Positions 11,106-22,048 of a stretch of DNA of 64,000 nucleotides are shown in pieces. The stretch is taken from positions 1-64,000 of IMG/VR virus record IMGVR_UViG_3300035698_012128, one strand, 5' to 3'. This stretch comes from a virus. Each line of letters begins with the position of its first letter. Positions within the stretch are counted from its first letter, which is position 1. The notes under the pieces are model-generated. The model searched no databases. It worked only from the letters and a program-made list of their open reading frames with translations, and had not been told where the DNA came from. The translations under genes and the position numbers were made by a program.

Positions 11106-13040
11106 ATGGGATTATTTGATAAGTTAGGTGATACACAGTTTAAAAATCTTCGTGGAGGTGAAGATAATGGCTATTCTATACATAATGATCATAAGAACCC
11201 AACAATCAAAAATAACCTTAGAGATTATAGTAATGAAAATAAAAAAAGAATAACTAATTTTCTTAAAACCCCTATGGGGATTAAGTATTTACAAAACCAA
11301 AATAATCTTCAATTATCATCTGTTCAATTAGAAAAAAATTATAGAACCATATTTAAAGGAGGGGGGAAATTAGGAAATATAGTTAATTCTATAAATAATA
11401 GACTTAATACAGATTCAATAGTTTCTAAAACTTTTTTAAATACATATAATTACGATAATACGTTAAAACAAATTGGTAGTGATCCTAATCTAGGATTACA
11501 TTATGATAGATTTGGGGTAGATGGTATATTAGATGAAAAGCTAAAATACTTTAATATATCAACTAATAATAATAGTGGGGATAGTTCAAATAATAGACTT
11601 GTCAAAATACAAAAACAATTACAATTAGGTATCCCAAATGATGATAATGATAATTCACATAACCCATTAAAAAATATAATAAATAATAGTGTAAATGTAC
11701 TAACTAACCAATTTTTACCTAATAGACCTGTTATTTCGGGATTAATAAATAATGCTGCTACTTTAGGTACTAGTTTTCTAACAAAGCAACACCCAAAATT
11801 TAATAAATTTTTAGGTAATATTAACAAAGGTATAGGAGTAGGTCAGAACATATTATCAACAATCCAAACTATAGCAAATACTATAAAACCTAATAATAAA
11901 TTTAATGATATTACAAATTCAATATTATTTTATTCTAATATTGGTAAAAAATTAACAAATCCAGAAAATGATATAATATATTCATATTCTGGAGGACCTG
12001 ATTCATTAAATGGACTAGGAGTAACAAATATTAAAAGGTATGATTATACAAATAAACAATTAGATAATGTTTTATCCAATATAAAAGACAAAATATCTAA
12101 TATTTCATATAACCGTATAACCGTATTTAATAATTCTATTAGCTCTTACATATCTACTAGTGGGTTTGATTTCGATTATAATTATTTTTTGCTAAGTGCT
12201 AAACACGATAATAATGTTTATGGTGATATTAAATCAACTACTAGTTTAGGTATTAAATATACAACTATTAGAGCCAAAAATGACGCTAATAAAATAAGCT
12301 CTGAACAAAATAGAGATAGATTAAAAGGAAATAACATAACTTACGGAGTTAATATACCTGGATTCGATAGAGTAAATAAGGATTATAAATATTTTACTAA
12401 TGATAGTGGTAAAACACCAACGTATGATAGGAATGATAGGAAGGATATAATATTAGCCTTTGCTATTATTGACCCTTTCACATTAAACGAAAATAGAATT
12501 GTTTTTACAGCATTTTTGAATGGGTTTAGTGATAATACTTCAGCTACATGGACTTCAACTAAATATTTAGGAAGAAGTGAAAAACACTATGTGTATGATG
12601 GGTTTGAAAACAACATATCATTTAATTTCCAAATGCCTTGTTTTAATAAAACTGAATTATTGGAAAAACATAGAGCTATAGGTCAATTAAAATCTTCACT
12701 ACAAGGTAAATATGGGGATAATATATTGGGTGGAGTTATTACAAAGATATTTTTAGGAAAATATTTAAAGGGAGAGTCATGTATTATTACTAATTTATCA
12801 TACACTATACCTGATGATACGGGATGGGATGTAGAAGAAGAATTAGCTCATGTCATAAATGTTAGTGTTAATGCTACTGTGTTATTTAATAAATTACCTG
12901 AATATAGAGAATTTGGAGGTGCTTGGGGTCATAAAGGTGAATCTAGTTATATTAAAGACACATTAGGAACTTTTCTTTCTGAGAGTCAAGTACAGAATAC
13001 TACATCTAAAGCTTTAAGTAAAATCAATGAGGTACAATAA
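11106..13040 (+). CDS. Baseplate / tail-tube initiator-like protein
   Basis: C-terminal FTAFLNGFSDN..W....YLGR..YVYDGF..ISFNF tube-like fold; module position. Confidence 0.6.
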   Translation: MGLFDKLGDTQFKNLRGGEDNGYSIHNDHKNPTIKNNLRDYSNENKKRITNFLKTPMGIKYLQNQNNLQLSSVQLEKNYRTIFKGGGKLGNIVNSINNRLNTDSIVSKTFLNTYNYDNTLKQIGSDPNLGLHYDRFGVDGILDEKLKYFNISTNNNSGDSSNNRLVKIQKQLQLGIPNDDNDNSHNPLKNIINNSVNVLTNQFLPNRPVISGLINNAATLGTSFLTKQHPKFNKFLGNINKGIGVGQNILSTIQTIANTIKPNNKFNDITNSILFYSNIGKKLTNPENDIIYSYSGGPDSLNGLGVTNIKRYDYTNKQLDNVLSNIKDKISNISYNRITVFNNSISSYISTSGFDFDYNYFLLSAKHDNNVYGDIKSTTSLGIKYTTIRAKNDANKISSEQNRDRLKGNNITYGVNIPGFDRVNKDYKYFTNDSGKTPTYDRNDRKDIILAFAIIDPFTLNENRIVFTAFLNGFSDNTSATWTSTKYLGRSEKHYVYDGFENNISFNFQMPCFNKTELLEKHRAIGQLKSSLQGKYGDNILGGVITKIFLGKYLKGESCIITNLSYTIPDDTGWDVEEELAHVINVSVNATVLFNKLPEYREFGGAWGHKGESSYIKDTLGTFLSESQVQNTTSKALSKINEVQ

Positions 13041-13323
13041 TAATACTATATTAAAAACAAAAAACGGTAATAGATACTATAAACAAAAATTTTATCCTGT
13101 TATCCCATACTCTGATGATGATGATTATGCGATCACTACACATGGGGATAGGTTAGATATAATAGCTTATAGATATTATAATGATGTTTCTTTGTGGTGG
13201 ATTATATCTAAAGCTAACGATAATATATCTAACGATTCATTAGTTCTTCCCACAGGTATACAGATACGAATACCTACAAATATAAATAAAATATTAATTA
13301 ATTTCAATAAAATAAATAATTAA
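13027..13323 (+). CDS. LysM-like baseplate wedge protein (gp53-like)
   Basis: GDRLDIIAYRYYNDVSLWWIISKAN...G.QIRIP. Confidence 0.85.
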   Translation: MRYNNNTILKTKNGNRYYKQKFYPVIPYSDDDDYAITTHGDRLDIIAYRYYNDVSLWWIISKANDNISNDSLVLPTGIQIRIPTNINKILINFNKINN

Positions 13324-13328
13324 ATGTT

Positions 13329-16300
13329 ATGTCAATTTTTACTAAAAATATACACCCTAACATAAAAAACCAATTAGCTATAAGACAAAACATAATGGGT
13401 AAAGGTAATAGAACACCGGCAGACCTAACTTGGCTAAATAATAAAAATGCTTTCTTAAGATTATCTTCAGGAGTAAACATAGATGATTCTAACACTCCAG
13501 CAAAAAATAACATACTGCAAGGGGGGGTACTAAAAGACGTTAATTTTACAAATGGTTTTAATGCGGAAATGTATGAAGGTGTTGGAGAAGATAATCTATA
13601 CTCTCCCACATTTAATGGAATAAAACATAAACATGGAGTTAGACCTAAACCAGGTATAACATCAGTTTCGATACAACATAAACAAGCATATGGTTCTATT
13701 AGAAGTGCTACTATTAATTTTGAATGTTGGGATATAGCTCAGATAGAATTACTAGAAAAATTATATATGAGACCTGGATTTTTATGCTTATTAGAGTGGG
13801 GGTGGTCAATTAGTTTGGATAATGAAGGGAAATTAAATAAATATGAAGATCATGTTGATTTAGAAGAATTTTTTTCTGGTTTCAAAAAACCATTATTAGA
13901 ACAATTGGCAGATATTAATACCAAGTCAGTAAAAAATAATGGTAGTTACGATGCTTTTCTTGGATTTGTAGTCCAATATGGGTGGAAATTAAGAGAAGAT
14001 GGAGGTTATACTTGTTTTACTGAAATAATGTCTACTGGGGAGGTAGTTGAATCACTTAAGATAAATGTTCCATTAACATCTTCGGGAAATATATTTAATA
14101 TAAAAACCCAATGGACTGGGTTATTAAATTATGAACCGGATGAATTTGGAAGTCTAGATGATGAGCATTATGATATACATAACGCTAATCTAGATTATTC
14201 TGGAACTAGAGTACTTGAAGTAAATATATATAATAATCTAGCAGTATCATATTCAAAGAACATAATGGTGGGTTTAATGGATGAGATATGGCAAAGAACA
14301 AATATGCGCGGTCATGCTTATGCAGCATCAAATTTTACCGGGAAAATGCCTTATATAAGTCCCACGGATAGTAAAAAACATTATATAGAATTTTGGGGTT
14401 ACAATTATAAAGATGCAAATGATTATAATACGGAAGTAGGAATCCCAGAACAAGACCCTAGGAATGTATTTATTACTATGAAAAGTTTAGTCGATCTTAT
14501 TAATAATTTTATTATTATTAAATCTAAAGATGCTAATATAAGTAAGCTAGAAATTGAGGGGATGAAAGGTGTATATCACAAATTGATGTACTCAACAAAC
14601 CCAAATATATGTTTTATAAATAATACAAAATGGTTAGAATTTATATCTGGTATTAAAGTTAAGAGTGGGAAGGATGTTGAATATGATAAGAAGACTAAAA
14701 TAGATGAATTTATTAATAGATATCCTTTGATATATAATGGTATGAATAATTATTTAATATCTGGGGACTTTGGTAAGTTTAAGTCTGCAGTTATTAATGA
14801 GTATAATAATAATCCTTTATTAAAGAAAGGACCATATGTACATTTTTTTGGTGGTAGTGGGGAGTTAAGTTTGGAAGGAAAAATAGGTGAAATAATAAAC
14901 ATATCTTACATAATATTAAGAGGGGTTGAGTACAATATTGAAAATGAGGGTAAAAAGATATATATAGACCCTAGTTTTTTTGGTATAGATGGTGGGGGTG
15001 AAATTAGTATGGAAACAAGATATTGGACTTTTAATAACTTGAAAGGGGGGAGATTAAATTCAGTTTTTGGGAAAGGAACACCACTTTACTTTAATGATAT
15101 AATACCAACTTACACCAGTATACTATCATATTTTGATTTATTTGGGGCTAATATTACTGATATTATATCTCGTACTTTACCTAACAGTAGTGTAGTAAAT
15201 ATCAACAATGAATTGATGGCTTTTGAGTCAAATAAGAAGAGGTTTGAAGATAATATTGAGGAAATAGCGGAACAAAATAAATCAATTACAGACGATCTAA
15301 GCAATTATAAAAAAATTGTTGATGAATTAAAAGTATTTGATGTAGATGATGGAGATAAAACATCATGTTTATTGGAAAATATATATGTTAATGTAAAGCA
15401 CATAAAAAGTCAAGCATTAACTATAAGTGATGGTCCTTCTGAAGAAGGTGATTTACACTTAGGTGGTTTTATTAAAGGTATAGTTAAAAACATACAACGT
15501 ACTATTGGGGATATTAATAATTTAGAAATCCACATTGGAGATGATGGGATATGTCGTGTAATAGACTTAAATTATTCTAAAAAACCACCTGAAATTTTTA
15601 ATTTAGAAATCGGAACTAATAAGTCAATTATAAAAAACATTGAATTAGAATCCCAAATATTTTCAGATCAACTATCACAAAATGTAATAGCAGCCCAATC
15701 TTCAGTAGATGGGAATAGTGTAGGTGGAATTAATAATTCAGCATATATATCATTTAATGATGGTGTAACTGATAGAAATTTACCTACAAAAACTGTATTC
15801 TCAAATACTAGATTTAGTAGTAATGGTGTTGAATTAATAAACTCTTTAAGTTACATATATGATTATATAATTAATTTTATATCACAAGATAACGAAACCG
15901 AAGAATATTATAGAAGAAGTAGATATTATAATGAAGGTGATAGTTTTTCCTATGGTAATTCATTAAAAAGTATAATGAATTTAGTGTCTGGATTATATGT
16001 AACAGATAATGTTAATAGTTTAATTTTACCCACGAAGTTAAGTGTGAAAATAGATGGGATTTCCGGTTTGATTGTGGGTGATATAATTAGCCTCGATAAG
16101 CAATTTATACCACTTAATTATAAATCAAAAGATTCTTTAAATTATATAATAGTAGGAGTAAACCACTCAATAGAAAATAATGCTTGGGAAACTTCATTAG
16201 TTATGTATCCTAAAATTATGGATGATAAGTTAAAAGTTAATGATCTTAAATTTATAAATCAAGGAATTGATATAATAGTAGATTATAATGCTAATATAGA

Positions 16301-16898
16301 TGAAAGTATTATATCGCTAAGTTCAAGAAAAGACAGAGCATTACTACCACCTGATAATACACCATCTCCATCTCCATCTCCATCTCCACCCCCAGATCCA
16401 ATTACATCTAGTTTAACCCCAGTAGCTGATAAATTAAGGAAAACTTTAAAGGAATTAGGATATACTGAAAGAAATAGATATTTATCGGAAAGGGGGGATA
16501 TCCAACCTATCATGGGTGCGGTAGCAGATGCTGTTTTTAGGATGATAAAATATACAGCTCCTGATGTGATGGTTACGGTTACCAGCGGAAATGACAAATT
16601 TCATTCTACATTAAACTCAAGACATAAAGATGGAAGAGGAATAGATTTTACCGTTGACTCTACATCATATGATGGTAAAGCAGTCGAATATGTAGAAAGT
16701 CTATTATCTTCCTTTAGTGCAGCTAATGACCCCGATTTTAGGTATTTAAACGAGTACATAATAAAAACTACAAACTCAACCGGTAATCACTTCCATATAT
16801 CTTGGGGGAAAGGTTTTGAGGGACTCCAAAACTTAATACAAGCTCGGAAAATATCTACGTCAGAATCTATTTTAAGACAATATAAAATAACACTGTAA
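13329..16898 (+). CDS. Baseplate hub protein with C-terminal M15-type (LAS) Zn peptidase
   Basis: RPKPGITS and LLEWGWS hub motifs; PSPSPSPPP linker; SRHKDGRGIDF and HFHIS. Confidence 0.75.
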   Translation: MSIFTKNIHPNIKNQLAIRQNIMGKGNRTPADLTWLNNKNAFLRLSSGVNIDDSNTPAKNNILQGGVLKDVNFTNGFNAEMYEGVGEDNLYSPTFNGIKHKHGVRPKPGITSVSIQHKQAYGSIRSATINFECWDIAQIELLEKLYMRPGFLCLLEWGWSISLDNEGKLNKYEDHVDLEEFFSGFKKPLLEQLADINTKSVKNNGSYDAFLGFVVQYGWKLREDGGYTCFTEIMSTGEVVESLKINVPLTSSGNIFNIKTQWTGLLNYEPDEFGSLDDEHYDIHNANLDYSGTRVLEVNIYNNLAVSYSKNIMVGLMDEIWQRTNMRGHAYAASNFTGKMPYISPTDSKKHYIEFWGYNYKDANDYNTEVGIPEQDPRNVFITMKSLVDLINNFIIIKSKDANISKLEIEGMKGVYHKLMYSTNPNICFINNTKWLEFISGIKVKSGKDVEYDKKTKIDEFINRYPLIYNGMNNYLISGDFGKFKSAVINEYNNNPLLKKGPYVHFFGGSGELSLEGKIGEIINISYIILRGVEYNIENEGKKIYIDPSFFGIDGGGEISMETRYWTFNNLKGGRLNSVFGKGTPLYFNDIIPTYTSILSYFDLFGANITDIISRTLPNSSVVNINNELMAFESNKKRFEDNIEEIAEQNKSITDDLSNYKKIVDELKVFDVDDGDKTSCLLENIYVNVKHIKSQALTISDGPSEEGDLHLGGFIKGIVKNIQRTIGDINNLEIHIGDDGICRVIDLNYSKKPPEIFNLEIGTNKSIIKNIELESQIFSDQLSQNVIAAQSSVDGNSVGGINNSAYISFNDGVTDRNLPTKTVFSNTRFSSNGVELINSLSYIYDYIINFISQDNETEEYYRRSRYYNEGDSFSYGNSLKSIMNLVSGLYVTDNVNSLILPTKLSVKIDGISGLIVGDIISLDKQFIPLNYKSKDSLNYIIVGVNHSIENNAWETSLVMYPKIMDDKLKVNDLKFINQGIDIIVDYNANIDESIISLSSRKDRALLPPDNTPSPSPSPSPPPDPITSSLTPVADKLRKTLKELGYTERNRYLSERGDIQPIMGAVADAVFRMIKYTAPDVMVTVTSGNDKFHSTLNSRHKDGRGIDFTVDSTSYDGKAVEYVESLLSSFSAANDPDFRYLNEYIIKTTNSTGNHFHISWGKGFEGLQNLIQARKISTSESILRQYKITL

Positions 16899-17323
16899 TG
16901 TATATACCGAAAAATCAAATTGTAGTATCTCAATATATTGGTATGGGTAAATTAGTGTATAAAAGTAACCAGAATTCATATTCCGGATATTACCATATAA
17001 TAAATGGATATTATTATATAGGTTCACACCCACAACGATATCCTATTCAATTAGAATTAGTAGATAAAAAAGAAATTAAAGTTAATTCATTAGTAGTCAA
17101 TAAAAATGAAATACCTAACAGTATAAGATATATTATGTATAATTCTACAACAAGTATAATTAAAGAAATATCATTTGATGTTTGGAGTACTTTAAGTATG
17201 GATAATAAAAAACAAGTTTATGTAATTAATTTTAATAAACCTCAATTTCAATTTGATATTGATATAAATAGAATAGAACGTGATATACCTTTAATAAAAA
17301 ATTATTTAAATCTTAATTCTTAA
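16898..17323 (+). CDS. Hypothetical tail-module protein
   Basis: 141 aa, TAATG-coupled to the hub gene. Confidence 0.55.
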   Translation: MYIPKNQIVVSQYIGMGKLVYKSNQNSYSGYYHIINGYYYIGSHPQRYPIQLELVDKKEIKVNSLVVNKNEIPNSIRYIMYNSTTSIIKEISFDVWSTLSMDNKKQVYVINFNKPQFQFDIDINRIERDIPLIKNYLNLNS

Positions 17324-17347
17324 AGTTTCTTACATATCTTCGAACTA

Positions 17348-18655
17348 ATGTTTTATATAATAGAAAAAAGTGAACAATTAGTACAGTTAGAAAATATACA
17401 AAGTTGTTTTGTGTACATGGTACAAGGTAATTCACACGTCCACCCAGTATTAAATAATATCAGTCTAATATACATAAGGCCTAAGGACTATCATAAAGGG
17501 TATATATTATGTCTAGATCACTCAGAAAGTAAATCCCTAGAATTAATCGAGGTAAAACAATTTATTAATAAAATTCCATACGTGTATGTAGTTGATAAGA
17601 AACAATATTTACACCATTTTCCTGATGTGAAAAATCAAATAATTGATGTAAGTTTATATAATAATATCCATAATAATTCAGATTTGAAATTGGATGAATT
17701 AGATTTAAAAATAAATATTGATTTCGCTAGAAAATTCCCAAATATTGATTATAATAGGTTGATACCAATATCAAAACACTACCAGAAATGTAATGATGTA
17801 TTCAATAAAATTAGTCCTATACTAGACCAATTTATGATTAATGGTATTAATGATGATATTTTCAAATTCTACAACAATCAATGGGTTAATGCATTCTATA
17901 ATATTGAAAAAGAAGGAATTAAAATAAATCAAGATCCATACGTAGAACATTTCTATGATAACATTAATTATCCTTCCCACAGTTTATATAAAGGTATACT
18001 ATATGGTTATTATAATTTATGCACTAAAACGAATAGACCATCTAATTCATTCAATAACCTGAATTTATTAGCTTTGAATAAGAGTAATGGTGAAAGGGGA
18101 TTAATAATTCCTAAAAATGATGAGTTAGTAGAGATTGACATAAATGGTTACCATCCCCGAATACTAGGTAAAATATTAAATATTGACATACCTGAAAATG
18201 AAGACATATATGAATACTTAGGTAATTATATTGGTTTAGATAAAACAAGAGATGAAGTAAAAATATTAATATTCCAGCAAATATATGGGTTTATACAACC
18301 TAAATACAGAGATAAAAGATTTTTCAAAGATATAGCTAAGTATATAGATTACATTAATGAAAATAAAATTATAGAAAGTCCTAGTGGGAAACTGTTTGAT
18401 CTTAACATAATTAAAAAACCTAATACTTTACTTAATTATATCATACAAAACACAGAAACGTATTATAATGTATTAATACTTAGTAAGATACAACCATTGC
18501 TAAATGATGTTAATAGTAGTATAATAATGTATAATTATGATAGTATATTAATAGATTATGATTACCGTGATGTCGGATTGATTGAAGAGATACAACAGTT
18601 ATTTCCATTCAAGACTGTAACTAAACGAGGAACTAATTATAATTTTCTAGAATAA
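17348..18655 (+). CDS. Family A DNA polymerase-like protein (compact)
   Basis: TNRPS, motif A EIDINGYHPRIL, motif B RDEVKILIFQQIYG, NYIIQ, motif C YNYDSILID. Confidence 0.8.
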   Translation: MFYIIEKSEQLVQLENIQSCFVYMVQGNSHVHPVLNNISLIYIRPKDYHKGYILCLDHSESKSLELIEVKQFINKIPYVYVVDKKQYLHHFPDVKNQIIDVSLYNNIHNNSDLKLDELDLKINIDFARKFPNIDYNRLIPISKHYQKCNDVFNKISPILDQFMINGINDDIFKFYNNQWVNAFYNIEKEGIKINQDPYVEHFYDNINYPSHSLYKGILYGYYNLCTKTNRPSNSFNNLNLLALNKSNGERGLIIPKNDELVEIDINGYHPRILGKILNIDIPENEDIYEYLGNYIGLDKTRDEVKILIFQQIYGFIQPKYRDKRFFKDIAKYIDYINENKIIESPSGKLFDLNIIKKPNTLLNYIIQNTETYYNVLILSKIQPLLNDVNSSIIMYNYDSILIDYDYRDVGLIEEIQQLFPFKTVTKRGTNYNFLE

Positions 18656-18691
18656 CGTATATTTATATGTGAATATAATCAATAAGTTCAC

Positions 18692-19081
18692 ATGACTAAT
18701 AAACTGTTTTGCACATTTTCAAATATTGAATCTTTAGACCACAACATAAACCACATATTGACTAAAAATACGGTATTATATAATAACATATTTATATTAA
18801 GTATTGAGGGCAATAAAGAATTACTAATAACATATAATTTGGATTCAATTAACTTAAATAATAACTTAATTCTCCCAAACACAATACTAACACATAGAAA
18901 AAGAGAGTCAAACACATTATATACTATAAATGCTTTAAATGCTTTAATAGTAAAATTAAATGGTCATCTAGACACAAAGTATCCAGTAAAGTGGAGTGAA
19001 TATAACAACTCAATAATGTTAATTCAAGATAGTGAATTGAACATTCTAAAAACCAAAATATATGATATTGTAAAAACTTAA
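18692..19081 (+). CDS. Hypothetical phage protein
   Basis: 129-aa ORF with LFCTF and HRKRESNTLYTINALN. Confidence 0.65.
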   Translation: MTNKLFCTFSNIESLDHNINHILTKNTVLYNNIFILSIEGNKELLITYNLDSINLNNNLILPNTILTHRKRESNTLYTINALNALIVKLNGHLDTKYPVKWSEYNNSIMLIQDSELNILKTKIYDIVKT

Positions 19082-19146
19082 GTTTTTCTTTCGTATATTC
19101 GACCAAAAGTAAGTTTTAATAAGTATTTCAAATTTAAACAATAATT

Positions 19147-19968
19147 ATGGATTTAAAATCAATTCAAGGGAAAATAGACTCCCTAAAAAAACCGTCCTCA
19201 TCTGGTAAAGAAAAGTATGAGAAAGTAGATTATGAGAAAATCTATTTCAAACCTACAGAAGGGAAAACTCAAGTTAGAGTATTACCATCTAAGTTTAATT
19301 CTAAGATGCCATTTTTTGAAGGTAAATACTACTACGGTATTGCCAAATATCCTATTATGGCTTTGAGTAATTGGGGAGATGCTGATCCTATTGAAGAATT
19401 TATAGATCATCTTAAACAAACAGATGCTAGTGGTAACTGGGAATTAATTAAAACACTAACACCTAAAATCCGTATTTCAGCACCTGTTGTTGTAAGGGGA
19501 GAAGAAGAAAAAGGAGCTAGATTATGGCAGTTTGGTAAATTGATTTATGAGCAATTCCTAGAATATGCTGTAGATGAGGATTACCAGGATTATGAAGATG
19601 TGGAAAGTGGGAGAGATTTTACTATCGATGGTAAAATTGATGAATTAAATGGCAGGCCTTATATCAAATGTAGCTTAAGACCTAAAGGTAAACAAACTGT
19701 ATTATCTACTAATGCCTCCGAGGTGAATAGTTGGTTGGATAATCAACCCGATATTTTAGATACCAGCATTAATAGACAGCATAGTTATGAAGAATTAAAG
19801 ACTATTCTAGGTAATTTCTTGAGTGCTAAAAAACTGTTAGGAGATGAAGAAGATGAAGGTGATGGGCAGGAGGCAAAATCAAGTATAGATTTTTCTAAAA
19901 AAACTAATTTTGATGATGACGTAACAGACAGTAAGAAAGATGAAGTAAAGGCATTATTCAATAAATAA
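19147..19968 (+). CDS. Single-stranded DNA-binding protein (gp32-like)
   Basis: VRVLP, LWQFGK, GRDFTI motifs, acidic C-terminal tail, adjacent to RecA. Confidence 0.8.
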   Translation: MDLKSIQGKIDSLKKPSSSGKEKYEKVDYEKIYFKPTEGKTQVRVLPSKFNSKMPFFEGKYYYGIAKYPIMALSNWGDADPIEEFIDHLKQTDASGNWELIKTLTPKIRISAPVVVRGEEEKGARLWQFGKLIYEQFLEYAVDEDYQDYEDVESGRDFTIDGKIDELNGRPYIKCSLRPKGKQTVLSTNASEVNSWLDNQPDILDTSINRQHSYEELKTILGNFLSAKKLLGDEEDEGDGQEAKSSIDFSKKTNFDDDVTDSKKDEVKALFNK

Positions 19969-19971
19969 TAA

Positions 19972-21024
19972 ATGGCAAAAACAAAACCAATCACTGATAC
20001 TAAAGGCAGATTTGATTTAGCGGAATTTAAAAAACATAAATTTTCAAGTCAATCTGTCAAGTTTAAATCACAAGAATGGATAAAATTATCCCCAGCATTC
20101 CAGGAAGCTACAAACCTTCCTGGAGTGCCTAAGGGGCATATAACTCTATTAAGAGGCCATTCAGATACAGGAAAAACAACTGCTCTTTTAGAGTGTGCCG
20201 CTCAATGTCAGCGGGATGGTGTATTACCAGTTTTTATTATAACAGAGATGAAGTGGAATTGGGAACACGCTATGGAAATGGGGTTGCAAGTTAATGGTGT
20301 AACTAACGAAGATGGGGAGATAATAGATTATGATGGGTTTTTCATATTTACTGATAGATCATCATTAAACACAGTAGAGGATATTGCTGAATTAATCAAT
20401 GGTTTATTAAAAGACCAATATGAAGGTAAATTACCTTATGATTTATGCTTCTTATGGGATTCAGTAGGCTCTATTCCTTGTGCTATGTCAGTCGAAAAAT
20501 TAAAGAACAATAACGAGTGGAATGCTGGTGCAATGTCTACACAATTTGGTAACGGTGTTAATCAAAAAATCATGTTATCTCGTAAAGAACATATGCCTTA
20601 TACTAATACATTAGTAGCAGTTAATAAAGTATGGGTAGATAAAGCAGCACCCGGACCTATGAGTCAGCCTAAAATGATGAATAAGGGGGGAACTACAATG
20701 CATTTTGATTGTTCGGTAATGATTACTTTCGGTAACATAAAAAATTCTGGAGTCAGTAAGTTGAAGGCCACTAAAGATAAGAAACAAATAGAGTGGGGAA
20801 AAAGAACTAAGGTTCAAGTAGAAAAAAACCATGTTACCTCCTTAGCTACTAAAGGTCAATTAATAATGACTCCGTATGGTTTTATAGGGAATGAAGATAA
20901 AGATATAAAACAATACAAATCTGAACATTCTACTGAATGGGCTACTTTGTTGGGAGGTAAAGATTTTAAGATGGAGGAAGAAGAAGTTACAGATTCAAAT
21001 ATAGAAACATCAGATAATGAGTAA
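19972..21024 (+). CDS. uvsX: RecA/UvsX recombinase
   Basis: Walker A GHSDTGKT, Walker B FLWDS, GG..M.F, VEKNHV. Confidence 0.9.
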   Translation: MAKTKPITDTKGRFDLAEFKKHKFSSQSVKFKSQEWIKLSPAFQEATNLPGVPKGHITLLRGHSDTGKTTALLECAAQCQRDGVLPVFIITEMKWNWEHAMEMGLQVNGVTNEDGEIIDYDGFFIFTDRSSLNTVEDIAELINGLLKDQYEGKLPYDLCFLWDSVGSIPCAMSVEKLKNNNEWNAGAMSTQFGNGVNQKIMLSRKEHMPYTNTLVAVNKVWVDKAAPGPMSQPKMMNKGGTTMHFDCSVMITFGNIKNSGVSKLKATKDKKQIEWGKRTKVQVEKNHVTSLATKGQLIMTPYGFIGNEDKDIKQYKSEHSTEWATLLGGKDFKMEEEEVTDSNIETSDNE

Positions 21025-22030
21025 ATATCAAAATTTCTTTAATAACTTAAAGGAAGAAACGAATAAGGAAGGAGAGAAAATATTATTGATAGATGCTATG
21101 AATATGTTTATTAGGAATTTTACCATAAAAAACCAAGTTACTCCTAACGGACATCATGTTGGGGGTATGGTAGGATTCCTAATATCATTAGGTTATGTAT
21201 CTAAATTATTTAGACCTGATAAAATATATATAGCGTTTGAGGGGGAGGGAAGTAGTTTAAAGAGAAAATTTATATACCCTAAATATAAGGCAAATCGAAA
21301 TCTTAAATCATTAACAAAATGGCAATATTTTGAAACTAAGAAAGAAGAAGATGAGTCTTTAGCCGACCAGTTAGATAGATTAATGTCTTATTTACATTGC
21401 CTCCCTGTTGTACCCATAATGGTAGATGGTTTGGAGGGAGATGATGTTATAGGATACATTTCTAAACAAATTGAGAAAGATGATAATATTGTAAAGAGTA
21501 CTATCATCTCTGCTGATCAGGATTTTTTACAATTAATATCTAACAAAACCCAAATATACAGTCCACGGAAAAGACAAACAGTTGGGATAAGTGATGTTAT
21601 TAAAGGGTATGGAACCCATCCTAATAATTTTATAATAAAAAAAGTTATTGAAGGTGATAGTTCCGATAATGTACCTGGAGTAAGAGGTATAGGACCTAAG
21701 AAAATATTAAAACATCTTCCAGAATTATTAAATGAAGATTTATTTAACATGAAGTCATTATACGACAAATGTGATGACCATCCATTATCACCTGTATTTA
21801 CTAGTATAAAGAGATTCAAACATCAATTGGATATTAATCATAAATTAATGACTTTAAGAGATCTAGAATTTTCTGAATTCGACAATGATATAATGGACAA
21901 AGCTATCAACTCTGCATCCCCAAAACCAAGTCCTATAGATTTCATGTCATTAGTAAATAGTGATTTGATAAATAATTCATTTAAAAACCCAACATCATGG
22001 ATTAATAATTGCTTTAATTCAATTAAATAA
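21017..22030 (+). CDS. 5'-3' exonuclease / RNase H (FEN family)
   Basis: LLIDAMN, YKANR, EGDDVIG, SADQDFLQ, GDSSDNVPGVRGIGPK. Confidence 0.92.
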   Translation: MSKYQNFFNNLKEETNKEGEKILLIDAMNMFIRNFTIKNQVTPNGHHVGGMVGFLISLGYVSKLFRPDKIYIAFEGEGSSLKRKFIYPKYKANRNLKSLTKWQYFETKKEEDESLADQLDRLMSYLHCLPVVPIMVDGLEGDDVIGYISKQIEKDDNIVKSTIISADQDFLQLISNKTQIYSPRKRQTVGISDVIKGYGTHPNNFIIKKVIEGDSSDNVPGVRGIGPKKILKHLPELLNEDLFNMKSLYDKCDDHPLSPVFTSIKRFKHQLDINHKLMTLRDLEFSEFDNDIMDKAINSASPKPSPIDFMSLVNSDLINNSFKNPTSWINNCFNSIK

Positions 22031-22048
22031 CATTTTAAAAAACTATTA

